Origin: Candidatus Latescibacterota bacterium
GTDB lineage: Bacteria; Latescibacterota; UBA2968; UBA8231
Direction of reading: 5' to 3'
NCBI GenBank assembly: GCA_965248265.1
Contig: CBDFJF010000002.1
Span: forward strand, 1,184,001-1,248,000
DNA: 64,000 bases
The notes under the pieces were generated by a model, which saw only the letters and a program-made list of their open reading frames with translations, was not told the origin of the DNA and searched no databases. Both the position numbers and the translations under genes were made by a program. Of the stretch, positions 58,142-64,000 are shown piece after piece. The number at the start of each line of letters is the position of its first letter. Position 1 is the first letter of the stretch.

Positions 58142-60760
58142 TCACTGACCTGGATGCCTAAAAAGGCGTTTAATATAGGGTCTTCTTAAAATTCCATGGG
58201 CCACCATCTTTGGAGGCAAGACCATTTTCAATTTTGAAAAATCAAATGTTTCTGCGCTCCAACGGACATTCCTAAAAACATCACTTTTATAAATCTGATT
58301 GAGGACATACATATAGTGGCCAGCCTCGGTGAGCATGGGGAGCATCTTTCGATCCTTGACACAAGTTGGGCACCAGGCCGTCAAACCCTGATAATCCATA
58401 AAATCATCTGAAGTATTCCAATGATTAAAAGTAGATTTTCCATACTCCATGGTGGGCCAATTATCGCTCACTGGCCTGGCCCCCTGGGTAGCTTTTTCAA
58501 GTGTGGCTGAATTGGCAACAAAAGAGCCCACAATCTGAGTCACACCGTTCATCTCAACATTTTCTAGATCTTTAGCTACTGCAGGAAGGGAGTTGATTCT
58601 CGTTTCCAACTCAAAAGGGTCTATGGTGTTGCCGGCGTCTTTTCTTCCAATAAGAATAAATTGATCAAAGGCGCCAGCCACCATCACCGCATTTGAGAAA
58701 TTATCCACAAAGGCCCGGACTAGTTCTCGAACTGTGTCAGCCGGAAGCTGGCGAATGGGCAGCCACTGACTCAGAAATCCTCCAGACTTCAATCGCCGAC
58801 GTGCCAATTTATAGAATTCCGTTGAGTAAAGAGATGAAACACCGGCATGGGAAAGAGGGGGCGGTTCCAAGGTCACCAAATCATATTTTTCGTCGGAACC
58901 CATTCGAAGATGCTGTCTTCCGTCGTTTATAAAAACTCGAACTCTAGGATCTAACAGAACATTCTTATTGGATTCAGCAAAAAGAGGGGCTTGTCCCAAA
59001 ACATGCTTGGATAAATCAGCGATTTCAATATTTTTAACAGTGGGATGGAGTGAAGCAGCGTGAACGGTATTGCCCACACCAAAACAAATAACGAGGACCG
59101 ATTCAGGGCTTTCCATTTGTAAAAGAGGAATATGAGAAAAAGCCCTCATATACCTTTGAGACCCCATACTAGTTGAAGACATAACATGGCCATTGGTCCA
59201 AAGGATTCTATACCCACTCACCTTTTCTTGGGTGACGACAATGGTTTCCAAAATTCCTTCACTCACCCGAATCGCGGGCCCATCGACCAGAGCCGCTTGA
59301 TTGGGAAAGCTTTTGTACAAAAGAGTTCCAGGAGGAACCCTCGTCCACAAATAGAAGCCAATCATGAGGGAAATAGCAGGGACCCCGTTCACAAGAACGG
59401 GTATCAAACTAAATTTGAATGATCCCGCTTTCACAAATGCCCACGTGACAATGGGAAGACAAGCGATGGCCCCCGCCATTGCCATAATCAAGGTGACTTT
59501 CTGCATTCCAAATTCAGGGAGGAGATAAAACCCAACGAGAAGAGTCCCCAGGACCCCCCCCAAGCAATTCCACAAATAAATCAAGCCAGCTCTGCGCCCA
59601 ACCTCCAAATTTTGATGTTGAACCAAACCATTCAACAAAGGGAAGAGCATTCCCATCATCAATGCCGGCACACCTAAAACCTGGGTTATATATTTGATGT
59701 ACTGGACATTCCCTACAAAGGACCTAAAGAAGGGGGGGGCCCCCTCCATGGCTAAGTTAAAACTTGGAGCTGCCAGGGACTCGTGAGAGGCTGAATAAAT
59801 AGTCAAAAGAACTCCCCCCGAGAACGCCATCAGGACCAGCACGACCATTTGTTCGTGATTTTTAAACTTACGAGATAGGACGGAGCCGAAAATGGCTCCA
59901 CAAAAAATGGCGAGTAAAATCACCGTAAGGAGCAAAGAAAAAACAGCCCTTGAGTTTCCAAGGGTCCCAACTAAATACCGAAACCAAAGAACCTCCATCC
60001 CCATACTTGCTAGACCAGCAAGACAAGCGGTCAATGGAATCAGGTAAATCCAAGGGCCTTCAGAATGGGAGCCATGCTTTAATCTGCTATCGACAATATC
60101 TCCGTTATCAGGTAGCCTTCCTAGCAAGGAAACAGCGGCGAGAGCCGAAAATACATTTAAGCCTGCCGCAACCAACTGAGCCCCAAACAAGCCGAGATTT
60201 GGAATAAACAAAAAGTCGCTTAAAAATGCCCCACTAGCGGCCCCCAAAGTGTTGAAGGCATAGAGCATTCCGATAGTCCAGGAAGCATGATTTAGATTGG
60301 TGCGTACGAGAGTCCGAACGAGAAATGTGAGTGTGCAACCCATCAAAAATGAAAGGGGGGCGATAGACAGGGTAGCCACGAGGTATCTAAAGAAATAAGA
60401 GGAAAAGGTCAGTTCCCAGTATCCATTTTCGCCAATGCGATAGGAAGAGAAAAGGGCAGAAATTTTTTCAAGATCGGAAAAGAAGAGAGCCAAAGCCATG
60501 GCACCCAATGCAATCCCAATTTCACAACGGGCGTAGTATTTCAGGGGCACCCGAGGGGACAAGTTGAGTTTCTTATCTGATAGTCTCCCTGCGAAGTAGG
60601 CTCCTAGCCCCAAACAGGAGATAAAAACTCCTGTAACCAGAGAGGCTGAATAAACCGTATTGCCAAAGACCTGCCCGAACTCACGGACCCATATCACCTG
60701 GTAAACAAGACCGCTGATCCCGGAGAAAAAGAAAATAGCAAAAAGTGCAAATGCCGTCAT
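58142..60760 (-). CDS. Fused MFS-like membrane domain / spermidine-synthase-like SAM-binding protein
   Basis: SGISGLVYQVIW, LYAFNTLGAA.G, VLVICFGVGNT, NDGRQHL, YDLVTLEPPP, LYSTEFY, GG..SQWLP; markedly AT-rich. Confidence 0.9.
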   Translation of the reverse strand: MTAFALFAIFFFSGISGLVYQVIWVREFGQVFGNTVYSASLVTGVFISCLGLGAYFAGRLSDKKLNLSPRVPLKYYARCEIGIALGAMALALFFSDLEKISALFSSYRIGENGYWELTFSSYFFRYLVATLSIAPLSFLMGCTLTFLVRTLVRTNLNHASWTIGMLYAFNTLGAASGAFLSDFLFIPNLGLFGAQLVAAGLNVFSALAAVSLLGRLPDNGDIVDSRLKHGSHSEGPWIYLIPLTACLAGLASMGMEVLWFRYLVGTLGNSRAVFSLLLTVILLAIFCGAIFGSVLSRKFKNHEQMVVLVLMAFSGGVLLTIYSASHESLAAPSFNLAMEGAPPFFRSFVGNVQYIKYITQVLGVPALMMGMLFPLLNGLVQHQNLEVGRRAGLIYLWNCLGGVLGTLLVGFYLLPEFGMQKVTLIMAMAGAIACLPIVTWAFVKAGSFKFSLIPVLVNGVPAISLMIGFYLWTRVPPGTLLYKSFPNQAALVDGPAIRVSEGILETIVVTQEKVSGYRILWTNGHVMSSTSMGSQRYMRAFSHIPLLQMESPESVLVICFGVGNTVHAASLHPTVKNIEIADLSKHVLGQAPLFAESNKNVLLDPRVRVFINDGRQHLRMGSDEKYDLVTLEPPPLSHAGVSSLYSTEFYKLARRRLKSGGFLSQWLPIRQLPADTVRELVRAFVDNFSNAVMVAGAFDQFILIGRKDAGNTIDPFELETRINSLPAVAKDLENVEMNGVTQIVGSFVANSATLEKATQGARPVSDNWPTMEYGKSTFNHWNTSDDFMDYQGLTAWCPTCVKDRKMLPMLTEAGHYMYVLNQIYKSDVFRNVRWSAETFDFSKLKMVLPPKMVAHGILRRPYIKRLFRHPGQ

Positions 60761-61106
60761 CGCGTATCGTATGGTTTGGGGGTCGTCAAAAAGCCTTCTG
60801 CCAGTAATTTTGTCGGCAAATGAACTTGCATCGTTTCATTTCCATAACTATTGGCTCCCCACCACTTTACCTTTTGAAAAAATTTACTTTTGTAAATCCT
60901 GTGCAAAACCAACGAATAATCTGAGGCTGCCTTATACTGTGGCAAACGATGACCTCCCTCACACTCTCAGCAGAGAGCTGGCGAATGGGAAGACACTGGG
61001 TGAGAATCCCCCCTTGCTTCAGTCTGCTTCGGGCCAATCTATAAAATTCCGTAGAACAGAGCGAGGAACCCTCAGCATGGATCAGTGGAGGTGGCTCCAA
61101 GGCCAG
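60757..61106 (-). pseudogene. Internally deleted 3' remnant of an upstream spermidine-synthase-like paralog
   Basis: LEPPPLIHA..SSLCSTEFYRLARSRLKQGG..Q.LPIRQL joined to LVLHRIYKSKFFQKVKW...; stop overlaps the start of the intact gene (ATGA). Confidence 0.8.
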
Positions 61107-61135
61107 CATCAGCGGATATCGGAGTGCAGGTAGAG

Positions 61136-61234
61136 ATGACGACGCAATCGACACGAGGTTCACCGATCATTCTTACGGACGGGTCGGAATTCCCGATCTG
61201 GCAGGACGAGACCGAATACCGGAAGGTGTACTAT
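61136..61234 (+). pseudogene. 5' stub of another beta-helix paralog
   Basis: SPIILTDGSEFPIWQDETEYRKVYY vs SPILLPDGTQFPVWEDETEYAKAYY in 49660-51426. Confidence 0.8.
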
Positions 61235-61275
61235 GGGGCGGAACTGCCCTACACATCGACAACTGAGGTGGCACT

Positions 61276-62100
61276 ATGGACTTGAGCGGCAAGGTCGCGT
61301 TGGTAACCGGCGCAGGCAGTGGGATCGGCAAGGCATCGGCCCTGGTGATGGCGGGCGCGGGAGCCGATATGGTCGTCAACGACGTGGACGAGGCGAAGGC
61401 AAGCGCCGTGACAGCCGCCGTCGAGGAGATGGGCCGGCGGGCGCTGACGAAGGTCGCCGATGTCTCCGACCCCGACGCCGTCGACGGCATGGTCGATGAA
61501 GTGGTGGACGGCGATGGCGGACTCGGTGCGATCGATATTCTCGTCAACAACGCCGCGATCTATATACGTCACGACGGGGAGGTCGGCACGTTGCCCCACG
61601 AGGCCTGGCATGGAGTGCTCGACGTCAACCTGCACGGCGTGTTCTATTGCACGCAGGCGGTGTTGCGCCACATGATACCGCGCAAAGCGGGCGGTAAGAT
61701 CATCAACCTGAGTTCCGTGCTGTCGCAGACGGCGCACTTCGAGACATCGTCCTACCACGTTTCCAAGGCAGGGGTCAACGCCCTGACCCGGTGTCTGGCC
61801 GTCGACCTGGCTCCCTACAAGATCAACGTGAACGCCGTCGGCCCCGGAGCTATCGCTACCGAAGGACTCGGCGCCAGCATCGACGAAGCCGTGATTGCCG
61901 GGTACCGGCGCCGGATCCCGATGGGTGCTCGTGGCCGTCCCGAGGACATCGCCAACACGGTCGCCTTCCTGGCCTCCGACGAGGCGCGCTACATCACCGG
62001 ACAGATCATCTACGTCGATGGGGGATATCTCGTCGACAGCACTCCCGAAGACATCAAGAGACAGGACCATCCGGTACCGCCGGACGATCCCGACGCCTGA
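61276..62100 (+). CDS. Short-chain dehydrogenase/reductase
   Basis: TGAGSGIG, ILVNNAA, YHVSK, VNAVGPG, YITGQ..VDGG. Confidence 0.93.
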   Translation: MDLSGKVALVTGAGSGIGKASALVMAGAGADMVVNDVDEAKASAVTAAVEEMGRRALTKVADVSDPDAVDGMVDEVVDGDGGLGAIDILVNNAAIYIRHDGEVGTLPHEAWHGVLDVNLHGVFYCTQAVLRHMIPRKAGGKIINLSSVLSQTAHFETSSYHVSKAGVNALTRCLAVDLAPYKINVNAVGPGAIATEGLGASIDEAVIAGYRRRIPMGARGRPEDIANTVAFLASDEARYITGQIIYVDGGYLVDSTPEDIKRQDHPVPPDDPDA

Positions 62101-62131
62101 AGGTTCCAGGTGCAACCACAAGGTGAATAAT

Positions 62132-63160
62132 ATGAAAGCTCTCGTTAAGACGGCCAAAGGCATCGGCAACCTGGAGGTCCTCGAGATGCCTGAACCGGTT
62201 CCGGCGCCGGACCAACTCAAGATCGAAGTCAAGGCTGGAGCGATCTGCGGCACCGACCTCCATATTCACGACGACGAGTATGTGAATTGTCCGCCGATGG
62301 TGCTGGGGCATGAGATGTCCGGCGTCGTGGTCGAAGTCGGCGATGCCGTTACGCGCTTCAGCGTCGGTGATCGTGTGACCTCCGAAACCTTCAAGTTTAC
62401 CTGCGGCCAATGCCGGTTTTGCCAGACTGGGTTGATTGGACTCTGCGTCAATCGCGACAGTATGGGCGTTCATGTCGACGGCGCGTTCGCGAACTATGTC
62501 TGTCAGCGCGAAGAGAGTCTTCACAAACTGCCGGACAACGTCGATTTCGAGGCTGGCTCGATGTCTGAGCCGACTGCGGTCGCTGTGCGAGCAGTGTACG
62601 AGCGTGCCAGGATTTCACCTGGTGACACCGTGTTCGTCTCTGGGCCGGGGCCGGTGGGGCTGCTTTGTCTGCAGGCAGCGAAATCGATTGGCGCAACCGT
62701 TGTGCTGGCTGGTGCAGCGGGTGATAAGAATCGCCTTGCTCTTGGTAAGAATCTGGGAGCAGATGCCATTGTGAATGTCGCCAATGATTCCTTCGACACA
62801 CTTCTTGATATGACCGATGGACTCGGTGCCGATGTCGTCATCGAATGTGGCGGTTCAAAGGCGTCGCTCGATCAGTGCATCGCACAGGCGCGCAAAGGCG
62901 GACAACTCGTGCTGGTCGGTCTGTTCGGCGGCGAGATTGCGGTCGGTCTGGACACCGCGATCATCAAAGAGTTGACGATTCTGCCGAGCTTTGCTTATCG
63001 CCACAGGACGTGGGAGCGCACGATGCGGTTGCTGGGCGAAGGCAAGATAAAAACCGGGCCGCTGGTCAGTGGTCGGTTTCCGATAACCGAATGGGAAAAT
63101 GCGTTCGAAACCGTCCGTTCCCGTCAAGGCAACAAGTATCTGCTGTTGCCGGTTGACTGA
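62132..63160 (+). CDS. Zinc-dependent alcohol/polyol dehydrogenase
   Basis: ICGTD, LGHE.SG, CGQCRFC...C, GPGPVG. Confidence 0.93.
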   Translation: MKALVKTAKGIGNLEVLEMPEPVPAPDQLKIEVKAGAICGTDLHIHDDEYVNCPPMVLGHEMSGVVVEVGDAVTRFSVGDRVTSETFKFTCGQCRFCQTGLIGLCVNRDSMGVHVDGAFANYVCQREESLHKLPDNVDFEAGSMSEPTAVAVRAVYERARISPGDTVFVSGPGPVGLLCLQAAKSIGATVVLAGAAGDKNRLALGKNLGADAIVNVANDSFDTLLDMTDGLGADVVIECGGSKASLDQCIAQARKGGQLVLVGLFGGEIAVGLDTAIIKELTILPSFAYRHRTWERTMRLLGEGKIKTGPLVSGRFPITEWENAFETVRSRQGNKYLLLPVD

Positions 63161-63254
63161 CTGTCTATCACGAACCAAAGGAGTTTATCAATGGCGATTC
63201 TCAACGGCGATCCCTTGCGTTTCTCGAATGCTGCGGAGAGTACGCAGGCAGGAG

Positions 63255-64000
63255 TCAGACGTTTACCGCTGGACTCCAATATTTCCAGAGGTTCTGTGGC
63301 ACGTCGTATCGGCTGAGTTTCCGGCCTGGGTGATCCGCTGGTAGAAACCCTGTCGCCGTCGCGAGCTCGTCATCCTCGTGCGGTGATGATGTCGGTGGGC
63401 GTGACCATGGCGTGCCGTCTTTATCGGGAAACATGACGATCGGTGCCTGCTCGCGCATTTCCCTGTGGGAGTACCGTGCAAACTGCGCCACGCGCGGTTG
63501 CTGCGACGCCGCCGCGTTGGCCGAGCCGATGTGCATGGTGAGGCCGTGCAGCAGCAATGCGTCGCCAGCCCGCCCCGTCATGCATACCACCTCGCCCACG
63601 CTGGGGTCGCCGTCCAACAGCGCCCGGTGTCCACCGCTTCGCACAGGCTCTGTGAAGAGGTAGGAGCCGTCGAATTGCTCGGGGTGCTCGAGGAAATACC
63701 GGTGGTTCGCCAGGTGCGATCTCGGCCAGTAGGCCGTGCCACCGCCTCTGGGACTGCTGACGTCCCAGAGCAGTACGGCGAAGAACGCCATGAACCCACC
63801 GCCCCAGCGTGACGCGTACCCATCGAGGTGACCGTCAACCGGGGAGCTCCACTCCGTCCCCGGCTCGCTCGGCAGGATCACCCGTGTCATCGGTATCGGC
63901 ATCGACCACGGCTGCCCGGCCGGGTGGGTGGGGGCGAAGGCGCCCCCACCGATTTGCTCCACGATGGATTGCAGGCTTTCCAACTCGTACAGGATGGGGC
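63255..64000 (-). CDS. PhyH-like dioxygenase (5' end outside the window)
   Basis: GHLDGY, GGGTAYWPRSH, AGDALLLHG..MH, PRVA. Confidence 0.78.
   Translation of the reverse strand, partial: PILYELESLQSIVEQIGGGAFAPTHPAGQPWSMPIPMTRVILPSEPGTEWSSPVDGHLDGYASRWGGGFMAFFAVLLWDVSSPRGGGTAYWPRSHLANHRYFLEHPEQFDGSYLFTEPVRSGGHRALLDGDPSVGEVVCMTGRAGDALLLHGLTMHIGSANAAASQQPRVAQFARYSHREMREQAPIVMFPDKDGTPWSRPPTSSPHEDDELATATGFLPADHPGRKLSRYDVPQNLWKYWSPAVNV

Noticed and set aside
1-64000. rRNA, tRNA, riboswitches, intact transposases/integrases, intrinsic terminators
   Set aside because: None recognisable by eye; an Infernal/tRNAscan run would be needed to exclude structured RNAs.

Overview
GC-rich bacterial accessory region, most consistent with an FCB-group uncultured lineage such as Latescibacterota. 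This is inferred from secreted proteins ending in NYPNPFN/FlgD-type C-terminal domains, cohesin/dockerin-like modules and a large PhyH expansion. It holds about 40 apparently intact genes: eleven PhyH-like Fe(II)/2OG dioxygenases, SDR/AKR/Gfo/Zn dehydrogenases, enolase-superfamily enzymes, a GH31, three beta-propeller proteins, a TonB receptor-binding protein-hybrid kinase cassette, a TLEDWTD-filter voltage-gated channel, and three large secreted proteins (two arylsulfotransferase-like, one M6 protease). No rRNA, tRNA, CRISPR, transposase or integrase was recognised. Two features are not explained by the gene list. (1) A family of non-coding elements up to ~300 bp (28261, 33277, 51443 and a divergent copy at ~49246). 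All are in the same orientation with one sharp end, and each points a promoter-like motif into an intact gene; three of those four genes are dioxygenases. (2) A patchwork architecture in which many intergenic gaps are 30-100-codon stubs or internally deleted remnants of recognisable genes. All family calls come from motif recognition by eye; no database searches were run.
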